Shown here: one piece after another, positions 17,549-27,764 of the stretch | Position numbering within the stretch: the stretch's first letter is position 1 | How the letters are laid out: each line of letters starts with the position of its first letter | Assembly: GCA_027063295.1 (NCBI GenBank) | Contig: JAMORZ010000125.1 | Coordinates: 1-38,726 of the forward strand | Source of the DNA: Sulfurimonas sp. | GTDB lineage: Bacteria > Campylobacterota > Campylobacteria > Campylobacterales > Sulfurimonadaceae | Length of the DNA stretch: 38,726 nucleotides | Reading direction: 5' to 3' | The notes under the pieces: generated by a model | Seen by the model: the letters and a program-made list of their open reading frames with translations, nothing else | Database searches by the model: none | What the model was told of the DNA's origin: nothing | Translations under genes and position numbers: made by a program

Positions 17549-18616
17549 CTAAAGCTTTCCATACATCTCATTGTAAAAGTTTAGTGCATATCTATCACTC
17601 ATACTAGCAATATAATCAGCAACAACACGGTGTTTCTTGCGAGTTTGAAGTTGCTCATAGTAAAATGCTGGGAGCATTTTGTCCTCCTCCATCAAACCAT
17701 GGTAAAGCCCTTTGATAGCCTGTTTTCCAGCATACATCTTGCGTACAATATCTTTAGACTGATACATCTTGACAAAAAGAAGTTTTTTGAGTTTTTTTAT
17801 CTTGCTCTCAAGCTCTTTATCAAACCCTATAGGAAACACTTCACCATTTTTTACTCTTGGAGTAGAGTAATCAAGTATAGAGTAAACCAAATGGTTGATC
17901 ATATGGGAGCTAAAACGGTAGCGAAACATCTCGTCTTCTTCTCTTCCTACCCCTTCAGCTTCCACCTTTGCAAGTATCTCACAAGCAAGTTCACTCTCTT
18001 TTAGATCATCAAAACTGATAAGCCCTGAGTTTACACCATCATCTATATCATGACTGATATAAGCTATCTCATCAGCTCTATCGACAACCATAGCTTCATA
18101 CGATGGATGTTTTTCAAGATCAAAAAGCTCATCTATTTTTTTGGGTAAAAACGATTTTTTATAAGGGTAGGAGTGTTTGAGGATACCTTCAAGTGTAGCA
18201 AATGTAAGGTTAAGTCCATCAAAATCTTTGTAACGTTTCTCAAGGCTTGAGACCACACGAAAGCTTTGAAAATTATGCTCAAAACCGTTTGTAAAGCCAT
18301 CTGCTTTTAAGCACTCATCGAGTGTATCGCCACCCACATGACCAAAAGGGGTATGCCCAAGATCGTGTGCCAAAGCGATAGCCTCTGCAAGAGATTCGTT
18401 AAGTCCGAGTTGAGAGGTGATAGAACGGGCAATTTGTGATACCTCTATGGAGTGTGTCAAACGTGTTCTAAAAAAATCACCCTCATGATTTAGAAAAACC
18501 TGTGTTTTATACTCAAGTTTTCTAAAACTTCCTGAGTGGATGATCCTATCACGATCGCGGGCATAAGGGTTACGAAAATCTTTATCTATCTTATGAAATC
18601 TCTCAAATGGCTGCAT
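17549..18616 (-). CDS. dgt: Deoxyguanosinetriphosphate triphosphohydrolase (HD family)
   Basis: RDRDRIIHS, KTQVF, RTRLTHSIEV, HDLGHTPFGH, DYIASMSD. Confidence 0.93.
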   Translation of the reverse strand: MQPFERFHKIDKDFRNPYARDRDRIIHSGSFRKLEYKTQVFLNHEGDFFRTRLTHSIEVSQIARSITSQLGLNESLAEAIALAHDLGHTPFGHVGGDTLDECLKADGFTNGFEHNFQSFRVVSSLEKRYKDFDGLNLTFATLEGILKHSYPYKKSFLPKKIDELFDLEKHPSYEAMVVDRADEIAYISHDIDDGVNSGLISFDDLKESELACEILAKVEAEGVGREEDEMFRYRFSSHMINHLVYSILDYSTPRVKNGEVFPIGFDKELESKIKKLKKLLFVKMYQSKDIVRKMYAGKQAIKGLYHGLMEEDKMLPAFYYEQLQTRKKHRVVADYIASMSDRYALNFYNEMYGKL

Positions 18617-19146
18617 TATGCTTTTTTGATAAACTCTGTTTTAATAAAGATCTTTGTACCATTTACACGACCCTCAACATGAGTCGGATCATTTGGTGCA
18701 AGAGCGATGCGTGTTACAGTTGTACCACGTTTAGCAGTAAAACCTGCACCTTTTACCTCGAGATCTTTAAGTATTACGATACTGTCACCCGCTTGAAGCT
18801 CTACACCGTTTGCATCTTTATACACAAGTTTGTTTGCTTCTGCGTTTATCGCTTGCTCTGCGAGTTTAAGCTCATCTTCTTCAAGATACATCATATCAAG
18901 CATATCTTGGCGACCAAGTTTGTTCCACAAAATGTAGCTAAGTACTTTTACAGCACCCACTTCACTCCACATAGCATCATTTAAACAATTAAAGTGTGTC
19001 TCATCAAGATCTCCACTCTCTATTTGTGTTTTACAATTAGCACAAACATAAACGCTTTGCTCTTCACTTCCATCACTTACAGGGAGCTCCAAAACACTTA
19101 TATCTTCGCTAGATCCACACAGTTCACATACTTCACTTCTTGCCAT
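18616..19146 (-). CDS. phnA: PhnA-domain protein
   Basis: CELC/CANC N-terminus; DANGVELQAGDSIVILKDLEVKGAGFTAKRGT. Confidence 0.88.
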   Translation of the reverse strand: MARSEVCELCGSSEDISVLELPVSDGSEEQSVYVCANCKTQIESGDLDETHFNCLNDAMWSEVGAVKVLSYILWNKLGRQDMLDMMYLEEDELKLAEQAINAEANKLVYKDANGVELQAGDSIVILKDLEVKGAGFTAKRGTTVTRIALAPNDPTHVEGRVNGTKIFIKTEFIKKA

Positions 19147-19178
19147 ATCTTTTCCTTTTATATTTTTTGCAATTATAT

Positions 19179-20282
19179 CTAATCTTGCTTATAAGTTACT
19201 ACTTTATTGCGACCACTCTCTTTAGCCTTATAAAGAGCCTTATCAGCATTTTCTACGAGTACTTCTACAGAAGGGATCTGTTGTGTGCACTCAGCCAAAC
19301 CTATACTACAGGTGATCTTTTCAACATTATCAAACTCAAACTTTTCAACCATCTCACGTAGTTGTTCGCACTTATGTGCAGCATTGTGAAGATGTGTATG
19401 GGTAAAGACAATAACAAACTCCTCTCCACCCCATCGACCAAAGATATCTGTTTCTCTAAGAAGCTTTGTAAAAATCTGTGAAAAATTTACTAAAACCTCA
19501 TCACCAATATTATGGCCATATTTATCGTTGATATGTTTGAAAAAATCGATATCTACAATAGCAACACAAAAAGGGATGTTATAGCGTTTTGATGTTTGTA
19601 ACTCACTCACTAAAAGTTCATGAACACGGCGTCTATTGAAAACATTTGTAAGATAATCTTTTTGGGCATTATCTTTAAGCTGTTCCATATAAAGCTTGTT
19701 TGCCTTTTCTTTCTCTTCTAGAAAAATATTTGTGCGATATATCGCTAACTCTGTTATGTACACCATATATACAAGTACAAGTGATGAGAGAACAAAACGG
19801 ATATAACTATGAAAGTTCCATAACCCATCATCCCACACTCCAATCCCAAAATATGCTATGCTAAATGCAATAGCATAAAAAACCAATGAGATAATAAGCC
19901 CTTTTTTATGCCCATTGAGCGGGATGATAAATAGAGGTAAAAAGATAAGCCAAACAAGGCCATTATCGTTGTTTTGATTTAAATAGAGATATGCAAGAAA
20001 AAAGAAAAAAAGATTAAGACTACTAATTTTGATAGCAAGTTGAAGTGTTTTTTTGTGTTGAAGCTGAAACAGAGAATAGATAGAAACAATAGATGCAAAA
20101 GCATCAATAAGAGCTAAATTATATTTATGATAAACAAAAAAGTTCAATGCTCCAAAAGCAATAAGAATAAAAGCAGCAATAGAGAGAAAAACTCTGACAA
20201 TTATCTCTTTACGAAGTTCAAAATAGTTTTCTCTTTGAATATTGGCAGTAAAAAAATCGTATAATTTTTGACGTATCTGCAT
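19179..20282 (-). CDS. Membrane diguanylate cyclase
   Basis: N-terminal TM helices; DIDFFKHIND.YGH, RETD I-site, RWGGEEF. Confidence 0.92.
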   Translation of the reverse strand: MQIRQKLYDFFTANIQRENYFELRKEIIVRVFLSIAAFILIAFGALNFFVYHKYNLALIDAFASIVSIYSLFQLQHKKTLQLAIKISSLNLFFFFLAYLYLNQNNDNGLVWLIFLPLFIIPLNGHKKGLIISLVFYAIAFSIAYFGIGVWDDGLWNFHSYIRFVLSSLVLVYMVYITELAIYRTNIFLEEKEKANKLYMEQLKDNAQKDYLTNVFNRRRVHELLVSELQTSKRYNIPFCVAIVDIDFFKHINDKYGHNIGDEVLVNFSQIFTKLLRETDIFGRWGGEEFVIVFTHTHLHNAAHKCEQLREMVEKFEFDNVEKITCSIGLAECTQQIPSVEVLVENADKALYKAKESGRNKVVTYKQD

Positions 20283-20300
20283 ATTTAAGAGCCAAAAGGC

Positions 20301-20522
20301 CTACTCTTCTTTATCAAACTTAATATCTTTATCATCTACTTTTTTCTCTTCAGCGACTTTGTTAAAAGCTTTATCTGCTTCCTCTTCGTTGTAGTTACGA
20401 CACTCATGAGGCATCATACCATTAGGTTCAGATGCTACCTGATCACACATTGTACCATTGATAGTGATACCACTACACCCTGCAAAAAACAATCCAAATG
20501 CCAAAAAAATAAGTTTGTACAT
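20301..20522 (-). CDS. Small hypothetical lipoprotein
   Basis: Lipobox FAGC after hydrophobic signal. Confidence 0.7.
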   Translation of the reverse strand: MYKLIFLAFGLFFAGCSGITINGTMCDQVASEPNGMMPHECRNYNEEEADKAFNKVAEEKKVDDKDIKFDKEE

Positions 20523-20527
20523 ATATT

Positions 20528-21361
20528 TTACTTCTCTCTTATAATTAAATCTAGGTATTTTTTAGGAGTTACCTTCATCATCTCTTGTGCTAACCAACGT
20601 ATCTGAAAAAATGCAGCTCCACTGTTACGAAGAGTAAAATAATTTTTTAAACTTCTAAGATTGAATGTCACAACCATATCAACTTTTACATTATCGGTGA
20701 TAATATGCTTAAAAGCATCCCCAACATTGCGTTTTTTCTTACCAGCTTCAAGTGCTTCGTAAAGTTTTTGAGGTTCTTTGGCGAACTCCTTAAGGTGTTT
20801 TAGTGAGCTTTTTGCAACTGCTAAAGAGTAAAAATCTTCCACTTGAGACTTTTGAAACATCAACTTATCATACATCGCACTAATCTCAAGGCGATTGTAA
20901 CTCTCATCAGCTGTTACAAACATATCAAACGCAAGCACTTTTTGGATAAAAAACTCTTTGTCCCCTCCATGTTGCGATGCTACAAATGCATTGATGAGTG
21001 AACTCATCGTATAACGAGTACTTCGCACACTAATCGCCTGAATACGGTGTCTTGCATGCTCTTGAAGCACTCCACGACTCGTACCACGAATGAGATAGCT
21101 TAAATTTGCATGCTCTAAAATAGAATGGTGAAAATAAGTCCATGACAGATCATCGAGCAGCTCTGAGTCATCTATAGCATTTAACTCTTTACACATCTCT
21201 TGGTTTGGGAGTGTTGATTCTATCTGTTGAATCACTTCATTTTCAGAGTTACTAAAAGAGTCATAACAGGTTCTAGCTGCCGCTTCAGCAACACCAATCC
21301 CAGTATCTTGCAACATTACAACTTCTGGTTTTGTGTATTTGATCCCGTAAACCTCTTCCAT
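20528..21361 (-). CDS. thyX: FAD-dependent thymidylate synthase
   Basis: HHSILEH, QEHARHRIQAISVRSTRY, NLRSL. Confidence 0.92.
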   Translation of the reverse strand: MEEVYGIKYTKPEVVMLQDTGIGVAEAAARTCYDSFSNSENEVIQQIESTLPNQEMCKELNAIDDSELLDDLSWTYFHHSILEHANLSYLIRGTSRGVLQEHARHRIQAISVRSTRYTMSSLINAFVASQHGGDKEFFIQKVLAFDMFVTADESYNRLEISAMYDKLMFQKSQVEDFYSLAVAKSSLKHLKEFAKEPQKLYEALEAGKKKRNVGDAFKHIITDNVKVDMVVTFNLRSLKNYFTLRNSGAAFFQIRWLAQEMMKVTPKKYLDLIIREK

Positions 21362-21401
21362 AACTACTACTCCCTTTTTTACTTAATATATTTTAACATA
21401 A

Positions 21402-22472
21402 TTAACGAGAAAGACTAAAGCCTATCCCAAATTTATGCAATTTATGATCATAATCTATCAAACTCTCACCATATCCACTAAATGCTTTTGCATAAAAAAA
21501 GAGAGTTTTTGAACCAAATACAGGGTATGTATAACTCGCTTCCAATGCTCTGTACTTACTAAAAGTGTGTCGTGATGAAAGTTTTAAGATATGCTCTTTA
21601 TAGGGGACAATCAATTGCACTTTTGTATAGCCCATATAATCCATAAGATCTTTATTGTACTCAAGACTCAGTACATCTTTAAAAACATCAAACTCCACAA
21701 ACGCAAAGCCAAACTGAAAAAATGCACTTAGATTAACATAGTTCCATGAGCGCTCCTCTTCACCACCCCGTCCATTTGACTGGTGTGCAAAGTTAAAACG
21801 CAACCCTTTTAGATAGTTATATGAAAAAGGGAGTGTGATAAAAAACTCAGGATTATAGTTTGTCTCTCTAAAATATGCAGAGTCTGCATAGAGTTGCCAA
21901 AAAGATTTTTGTGAATATGCCAAAGTGTATGTCTCATCAAACCCAAAAACATCTGCAGCAAAATCATACTTCAAACTTACTTGAAACTCTACTTCAACAT
22001 CTTTTGCTTTGTGTTTATTTGTATCTGCATAATGGCTACCACCTCTGTAACTAAACGGTAAAAAATAATTTGCATGATGAGCTTCTATGCTGTAAAGAGA
22101 CTGTGTGTATTGTTTGAGTGTTTCACGGGTAATCTGATCTGTTGGTTTATCAAGACTGTTATAGATCTTCATCTTTACTTTTTTAATATCTCTGTTTGGA
22201 TCTTCCTCTTTAATCTTCCAGTAATACCCACGAGATGAAAGCTTATAGTAGTGTTGTGACTTCTCTACATCAACTTCGCAACCCTCTCCATGCTCATACA
22301 TATACCCCAAGATATAAGCAGCATCATAATCGTTTTCCTCTTTAACAAGCTTTTCAAAAAGCACTAAAGCTTTTGCAAACTCCCCCTCTTTGTAGAGATT
22401 GTATGCTTTTTCAAATGCAGCTCCATATACAAAAACAGCAAAGAAAAAAGAGAGTAAAAAAGCTCTTAACAT
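21402..22472 (-). CDS. pldA: Outer-membrane phospholipase A with N-terminal Sel1-like repeat
   Basis: EFQVSLK, YSQKSFWQ, FRETNYNPE, HQSNG, RSWN, GYGESLIDY; N-terminal Sel1-like pattern. Confidence 0.85.
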   Translation of the reverse strand: MLRAFLLSFFFAVFVYGAAFEKAYNLYKEGEFAKALVLFEKLVKEENDYDAAYILGYMYEHGEGCEVDVEKSQHYYKLSSRGYYWKIKEEDPNRDIKKVKMKIYNSLDKPTDQITRETLKQYTQSLYSIEAHHANYFLPFSYRGGSHYADTNKHKAKDVEVEFQVSLKYDFAADVFGFDETYTLAYSQKSFWQLYADSAYFRETNYNPEFFITLPFSYNYLKGLRFNFAHQSNGRGGEEERSWNYVNLSAFFQFGFAFVEFDVFKDVLSLEYNKDLMDYMGYTKVQLIVPYKEHILKLSSRHTFSKYRALEASYTYPVFGSKTLFFYAKAFSGYGESLIDYDHKLHKFGIGFSLSR

Positions 22473-23107
22473 TTTTGTACACCATCTATGATAGGGACAA
22501 AATCACAATCTTCAAGCTCCTCCTCTTCAATACGACCATTTGATTTCATAAAACGTGTAATCACCTGTTTGCCATCTTTGTAGATAGGTGCGATCAAGAT
22601 CCCATCTTCAGCTAACTGCTCAAAGATTTTTTGTGGGATCTCTTTTGCAGTAGCAGAAAAAAGGATTCTATCATAAGGAGCATAAGCTGCCCAACCATTT
22701 TGTCCATCATCTGTTCTTGTGTGAACATTGTTGATGTTGAGTTCTCTAAATCTTTTTTTTGCTTCTAAGATAAGTGATTCTATACGTTCTATCGTAAAGA
22801 CACCACGAAAAAGATGAGAAAGCACTGCTGCTTGATACCCACTTCCACACCCTATCTCTAAAACTCTGTCTGCTCCACGTGGAAAAAGGTACTGTGTCAT
22901 TTTTGCAACAGTCAATGGTGAGCTGATATACTGTGCACCACCTATTGGCAAAGCATCTAGCTTGTAAGCATTGTTTCTAAATCCTAAAGGGACAAAAGCT
23001 TCTCTGTCTGTTTTTGCAATCGCCTCTTTCACCTCTAAAGAGAGGGGAAAGTGTTTTTCTATCTCATCTGCCATTCTTGCTGTTTTTGTTGCTTTTATCT
23101 TATCCAA
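22466..23107 (-). CDS. pcm: Protein-L-isoaspartate O-methyltransferase
   Basis: ISSP, VLEIGCGSGYQAA, APYDRI, FVP. Confidence 0.95.
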   Translation of the reverse strand: MDKIKATKTARMADEIEKHFPLSLEVKEAIAKTDREAFVPLGFRNNAYKLDALPIGGAQYISSPLTVAKMTQYLFPRGADRVLEIGCGSGYQAAVLSHLFRGVFTIERIESLILEAKKRFRELNINNVHTRTDDGQNGWAAYAPYDRILFSATAKEIPQKIFEQLAEDGILIAPIYKDGKQVITRFMKSNGRIEEEELEDCDFVPIIDGVQKC

Positions 23108-23108
23108 A

Positions 23109-23852
23109 CTATTTTATCCCCACATCCATATATCTTCTCATTTTTTCTATCTCTTTTGTACTGTATGGCACACAAAGTGCCTCTGCTTTTTCGTTGCGAC
23201 TCTCTTCACCCATCGGGGTGATGATACCACTAAGAGCTGTACACTCATCATTTTGTGCATCACTTGCCACTACATAACACTGGTTGATGATGGCAAGTGT
23301 TTGGGTAATGGCACGAAAGTTCTCAGAACGGATCTTCCCCCACCAAGCACACACTGCTATCACATCGGCACCCTCACTCATCTGCCACAGCTCTTTAAAA
23401 CGCAACTCAAAACAGATAAATACAGCGATTTTAATCCCATCTACTGTGATGATTTTAAACTCATCATCACTCCCCTCTAGCATATACTTATGCTCATCAC
23501 CAAAACGAAACAGTCTCGCTTTTGCACGCTCATACACCACTTCGCCATTATGAAACACCTTGGCTACATTATAAACACCATCGCTGCGTTTCTCTACCAT
23601 AGTTAAGATAATGATCTTCTCAAAAGAGTGTTGTTTTATTACCTCAACTGCTTTGGTGCTAAATGCAACCATAGCATCAAAGTGTTCATAATCATACCCA
23701 CTCAAACACACCTCAGGAGCGACAATTAGTGAGTGCTTTGGTTGTTGTTCTATCAGTTCTATAAGTGTTGTGAGATTTGTCTCATAATCACTCTGCACTT
23801 CAAAAAGTAAAGAGCACAGAGTATATGGAGTGTTTTTAGAAGTCATCATCAA
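23109..23852 (-). CDS. Carbon-nitrogen hydrolase (nitrilase family)
   Basis: [17 protein letters not shown] Glu-Lys-Cys triad. Confidence 0.88.
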   Translation of the reverse strand: MMMTSKNTPYTLCSLLFEVQSDYETNLTTLIELIEQQPKHSLIVAPEVCLSGYDYEHFDAMVAFSTKAVEVIKQHSFEKIIILTMVEKRSDGVYNVAKVFHNGEVVYERAKARLFRFGDEHKYMLEGSDDEFKIITVDGIKIAVFICFELRFKELWQMSEGADVIAVCAWWGKIRSENFRAITQTLAIINQCYVVASDAQNDECTALSGIITPMGEESRNEKAEALCVPYSTKEIEKMRRYMDVGIK

Positions 23853-24858
23853 AAGAGAGAGAACCTTTGGAGTAGTTTGTTACTGTTCCCTCAAAGAAGT
23901 TTGTTTTTTGGTCATTAAATTTTGCAAAATCATCAACCCACTTGATAGGGTTTGCTACATCATAAAGCTTGTCAAATCCAACAGAAGCAAGTCTGTCATC
24001 TGCAAGGTACTTGATATACTGCTCTACAATATCATCAGTCAAACCTAAAATCTGCCCTTGAGTGATATATTTTCCCCATTCAGTCTCAAGTTTTACCGCT
24101 TCTTCAAACATCTCAATCACATCAGCTTTAAGCTGCTCTGTAAAAAGGTCTGGTCTCTCTTTGCGAAGTGTATTGATAAGATTTTGGAAAAGTACAAGGT
24201 GAGTCACCTCATCACGTTGGATAAAACGGATCATCTGTGCACTTCCTAGCATCTTACCTGAGCGTGCAAGTGTGTAGATATAAGTAAAACCACTGTAAAA
24301 GTAGATACCCTCTAAGATCTGGTTTGCAAAACAAGCTTTGACAAAGTTTGTCTCACTTGGGTTTGTTGCAAGCTCTGTATAAACTCTAGCGATCGCATCA
24401 TTTTTACCTTTGAGCATCATATCACGACGCCAAAGCTCATAGATCTCCTCTGAATTTGTGGAGATACTATCAACCATAACAGCATACGACTGAGAGTGAA
24501 GTGCTTCTTCAAATGATTGGCGAACCAAGATAAGGTTGATCTCTGGTGAAGTCACATAAGGGTTTACGTTGTCGATGATGTTATTTGTTTGGAGTGAGTC
24601 CATAAAGATAAGCTGTGAGAGTGCTTTATCATAAGCTGTTTTTTCAGCATCTGTGAGGTTTTTGTAGTCATTGACATCACGTGTCATATCTACCTCTTTT
24701 GGGAACCATGTGTTGTTTAACATCATCTCCCAAAGATTATATGCCCATTGATACTTAATATTGTTGAGCTCAAAGATACCTGTTGGATCACCACCAAAGA
24801 TTTTTCTATCGTTGACATTTTCAGTAGATGACGGGTTGTAGATCTGTTTTCTTTTCAT
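23836..24858 (-). CDS. nrdB: Ribonucleotide reductase class Ia beta subunit
   Basis: [29 protein letters not shown]; start moved to ATG 24858 behind SD GGAG. Confidence 0.95.
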   Translation of the reverse strand: MKRKQIYNPSSTENVNDRKIFGGDPTGIFELNNIKYQWAYNLWEMMLNNTWFPKEVDMTRDVNDYKNLTDAEKTAYDKALSQLIFMDSLQTNNIIDNVNPYVTSPEINLILVRQSFEEALHSQSYAVMVDSISTNSEEIYELWRRDMMLKGKNDAIARVYTELATNPSETNFVKACFANQILEGIYFYSGFTYIYTLARSGKMLGSAQMIRFIQRDEVTHLVLFQNLINTLRKERPDLFTEQLKADVIEMFEEAVKLETEWGKYITQGQILGLTDDIVEQYIKYLADDRLASVGFDKLYDVANPIKWVDDFAKFNDQKTNFFEGTVTNYSKGSLSFDDDF

Positions 24859-25043
24859 TTGAGCTCCATTAAAAAAAGATGGTATATTTTTGCGATTATA
24901 CAACTAAGTTCATTAAAAATAGTTTGTAAAGTTGAAAAATAAATATCTGTAAGTTAGTTGCCCTTTTTCTTCAGTATAATCTTATTTTATATTAGATACA
25001 CTTGTTTTACTTAGGTGACAAAATCAACAAAAGAGGTGTGATT

Positions 25044-26141
25044 ATGAGACTTTTTGGATCAACAGGGGTAAGTGTTGAAGAGTTTAAGCAACTAGAACAA
25101 GACTACAGAACTACCCAAAATGAAAATCAGATACTCCGCAATGAAATTACACAACTCCAAGAGCAACTTCAAGCTGCACAAGAGAGATCACACAGCACCA
25201 CCATTACAGATAAACTTGCCAAACTCCAATCAAACAATCTTAAACTCAATATCGCCGATATCCAAGGGAATATAGCAGAATCTGTTAGTAGTTCCAAAGA
25301 AAGTCTCCAACACACAAACGATCTTGTAGAGAGTCTTGCAAATATCTCTCAAAAAACGCAACAGGTTTTTGAGGTGCTTGAAAATCTCAACCAACTCTCC
25401 ACATCTTCCGTAGACACCATCAATGGTCTCTCAGAAAGAACTGAAGATATCACATCTATCTTGACACTTATCAAAGATATCTCAGATCAAACAAACCTTC
25501 TTGCACTCAATGCTGCCATAGAAGCAGCTCGTGCAGGGGAACATGGTCGTGGTTTTGCCGTGGTTGCTGATGAAGTAAGAAAACTGGCAGACAGAACAGA
25601 CAAAGCAGTAAGCGAGATCAACATATCGCTACAAAGTATGAAACAAGAGGTTGACTCGATGTCTGATCAATTCTCATCACTCCAAACAAATGTTGAAGAG
25701 TCAAATCACCTCATCGATGAGCTCAACACGGCCATAAAAACGAACTATGATGGACTTCAAGAGTCGTTCCACTCTATGGGATTTTCAAACGACAGAGTAT
25801 TTATCTCCTTGGCAAAACTCGATCACATCCTATGGAAAGCAAACACCTACTACTCCGCTTTTACAAAAGAGGAACAATTTAGTTTTGTTGATCATCACAA
25901 CTGTCGCCTTGGAAAGTGGTACTACGAGGGTGATGGTAGGGAAAACTTTTCACATACACCTCACTACAAAGCACTTGAAAATCCTCATGCTATTGTACAC
26001 AACGGTACGCACAAAGTGTTTGACCTTATCAAAGCTTCATCAGTTGATAGTGATGCACTTGTTGCTGCGTTTGATGAGATGGAGAAAGGGAGTCTTGAGG
26101 TGTTTAAAATTCTTGATAAAATACTCCACGACAAAGACTAG
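25044..26141 (+). CDS. Soluble methyl-accepting chemotaxis protein with C-terminal CZB zinc-binding domain (TlpD-like)
   Basis: [34 protein letters not shown]; [21 protein letters not shown]; no TM; SD AGAGG before ATG 25044. Confidence 0.9.
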   Translation: MRLFGSTGVSVEEFKQLEQDYRTTQNENQILRNEITQLQEQLQAAQERSHSTTITDKLAKLQSNNLKLNIADIQGNIAESVSSSKESLQHTNDLVESLANISQKTQQVFEVLENLNQLSTSSVDTINGLSERTEDITSILTLIKDISDQTNLLALNAAIEAARAGEHGRGFAVVADEVRKLADRTDKAVSEINISLQSMKQEVDSMSDQFSSLQTNVEESNHLIDELNTAIKTNYDGLQESFHSMGFSNDRVFISLAKLDHILWKANTYYSAFTKEEQFSFVDHHNCRLGKWYYEGDGRENFSHTPHYKALENPHAIVHNGTHKVFDLIKASSVDSDALVAAFDEMEKGSLEVFKILDKILHDKD

Positions 26142-26144
26142 ACC

Positions 26145-27110
26145 ATCAAAACTTTTACACCTGCATTTGGACTTGGCAACTGCCATCTACAAACCATCTA
26201 CTCCACTCTTTTTGACAACAAACAAAAGGTTGCATTTAAAAGAGAAGAGTTTGTGCTTGAAGATGGTGACTTTGTAGAGTGTTTTTGGCATAAAACTCAT
26301 AAACAAACACCCACTCCATCACTTGTTGTATTTTTTCACGGACTTGCTGGAGACTACTCATCACCTTATATTCAAGGCAATGTAAAAGCCCTAAGTGAAG
26401 CAGGGTTTGACACTGTTGTGATGCACTTTAGAGGGTGTGGCACAAAACCAAACACCCTTCCTATCTCCTACCACAGTGGCAAAACAGATGACCCACTTGC
26501 GTTTGTTACACACCTAAGAGAAAATACACACTATACCAAGATATATGGTGTTGGTTTCTCTTTAGGGGCAAATATGCTTTTAAAACTCTTGGGGGAGAGC
26601 AGGAAAAACTCCCCTTTTGACAAAGCTGTTGCCATCTCTGCACCTATGCAGCTTGATATCTGTGCAGATGCCATCAACAAAGGGATATCAAGGTACTATC
26701 AATACAGACTTTTAAAGGAGTTAAAAAACTCTCTTGATGAAAAGTATGAACATTTTGATATGGAAAAGCTACTCAACTACAAACGCAGTGATATTGCAAA
26801 GATAAAAACTTTTTGGGAGTTTGATGAGGTCTATACAGCGCCTATTCATGGTTATGCATCTGCACAAGAGTACTACACCAAATGCTCTTCAAAACAGTTT
26901 TTAAAAGATATCACCACCCCAACACTTATCATCCACTCAAAAGATGATCCTTTTATGACTCCAGAGGTTATCCCAAACACTAAGCAGATCTCATCAAGCA
27001 TAACACTCAACATCACTAAAAAAGGTGGACATGTCGGATTTGTCGAGGGGAGTTTTTTTACCCCAAAATACTATCTCGAAGAGGAGATTATTGGGTTTTT
27101 TCAAGCTTAG
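26145..27110 (+). CDS. YheT-family alpha/beta hydrolase (true start uncertain; first canonical start is GTG 26253)
   Basis: HGLAG, HFRGC, GFSLGAN, DDPF, GGHVGF; in-frame upstream FTPAFGLGNCHLQTIY matches the family N-terminus. Confidence 0.8.
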   Translation: MKTFTPAFGLGNCHLQTIYSTLFDNKQKVAFKREEFVLEDGDFVECFWHKTHKQTPTPSLVVFFHGLAGDYSSPYIQGNVKALSEAGFDTVVMHFRGCGTKPNTLPISYHSGKTDDPLAFVTHLRENTHYTKIYGVGFSLGANMLLKLLGESRKNSPFDKAVAISAPMQLDICADAINKGISRYYQYRLLKELKNSLDEKYEHFDMEKLLNYKRSDIAKIKTFWEFDEVYTAPIHGYASAQEYYTKCSSKQFLKDITTPTLIIHSKDDPFMTPEVIPNTKQISSSITLNITKKGGHVGFVEGSFFTPKYYLEEEIIGFFQA

Positions 27111-27114
27111 TGAA

Positions 27115-27440
27115 TTATTTGGATAAAACAGCTATTATTTTATCTATCTGGATTTTTATTTGTGGGAGTTTTTGAGTTGCTACATTCCAAACAATCTCTT
27201 CATCAATTTCAAAATACCAATGAATAAGCTTGTCTCTCATCTTTGCCATTAAAGACCATGGTAACTCATCAAACTTATCTGTTATCTCTCTTTTGGTATC
27301 TGTTTTGCAGCTTCACCTATAACTTCTATCTCACGAATACAGGCACTCACTGTTTTATCATCTTGAACAAAAGCTTCATAATCCATATCTAGTATATAAA
27401 TCTGAATTTTTTCAATCCTTTTGCTTATATCCTCTAAAAA
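27115..27440 (-). pseudogene. HepT/DUF86 HEPN ribonuclease toxin remnant
   Basis: LEDISKRIEKI...IEVIGEAAKQIPKE, frameshift at GAGAGA (~27285-91), then ...PWSLMAKMRDKLIHWY (RX4H); start lost. Confidence 0.85.
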
Positions 27441-27615
27441 AAGTTAGTAAATCAGGTATTTTCTTAAAATCTACAAGTATATCTAAGTCACTTTTTTGTG
27501 TTTGTTCTTCACGAACATATGAACCAAGGATATACAATGTTTCTACAGAATATTTATCCAGCAGATACGGTTTTAGAGTAAGCATATTATGTTTTATCTG
27601 CTCAAGTGATAACAT
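27412..27615 (-). pseudogene. Truncated minimal nucleotidyltransferase (MNT antitoxin)
   Basis: GSYVREEQTQKSDLD = GSX10DXD; runs into HEPN sequence after PDLLTF; SD GAAGGAG and TGCTATAAT upstream. Confidence 0.82.
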
Positions 27616-27764
27616 GAACACTCCTTCTCTTTGAATAATTATAGCATACTTGTATCAATTCTTAAATATACCTTCTATATTATTTTTATTTCTCATCTTC
27701 TTAACATTGCACTAATACAAAAATGTAATAATTCCATAATGAAAACTATACTAAAGGATTTTGT

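Noticed and set aside
17549-18616. Anti-phage dGTPase
   Set aside because: Housekeeping-like sequence, coupled to phnA, no defence-island context
22971-23553. Plus-strand ORFs of 87-169 aa
   Set aside because: Antisense shadows of pcm and the C-N hydrolase; the same applies to other short opposite-strand ORFs in the track
23836-24858. nrdB without adjacent nrdA
   Set aside because: Split nrdA/nrdB loci are common in this phylum
25747-26277. 176-aa alternative-frame ORF
   Set aside because: Overlaps conserved MCP and YheT frames; no recognisable motifs
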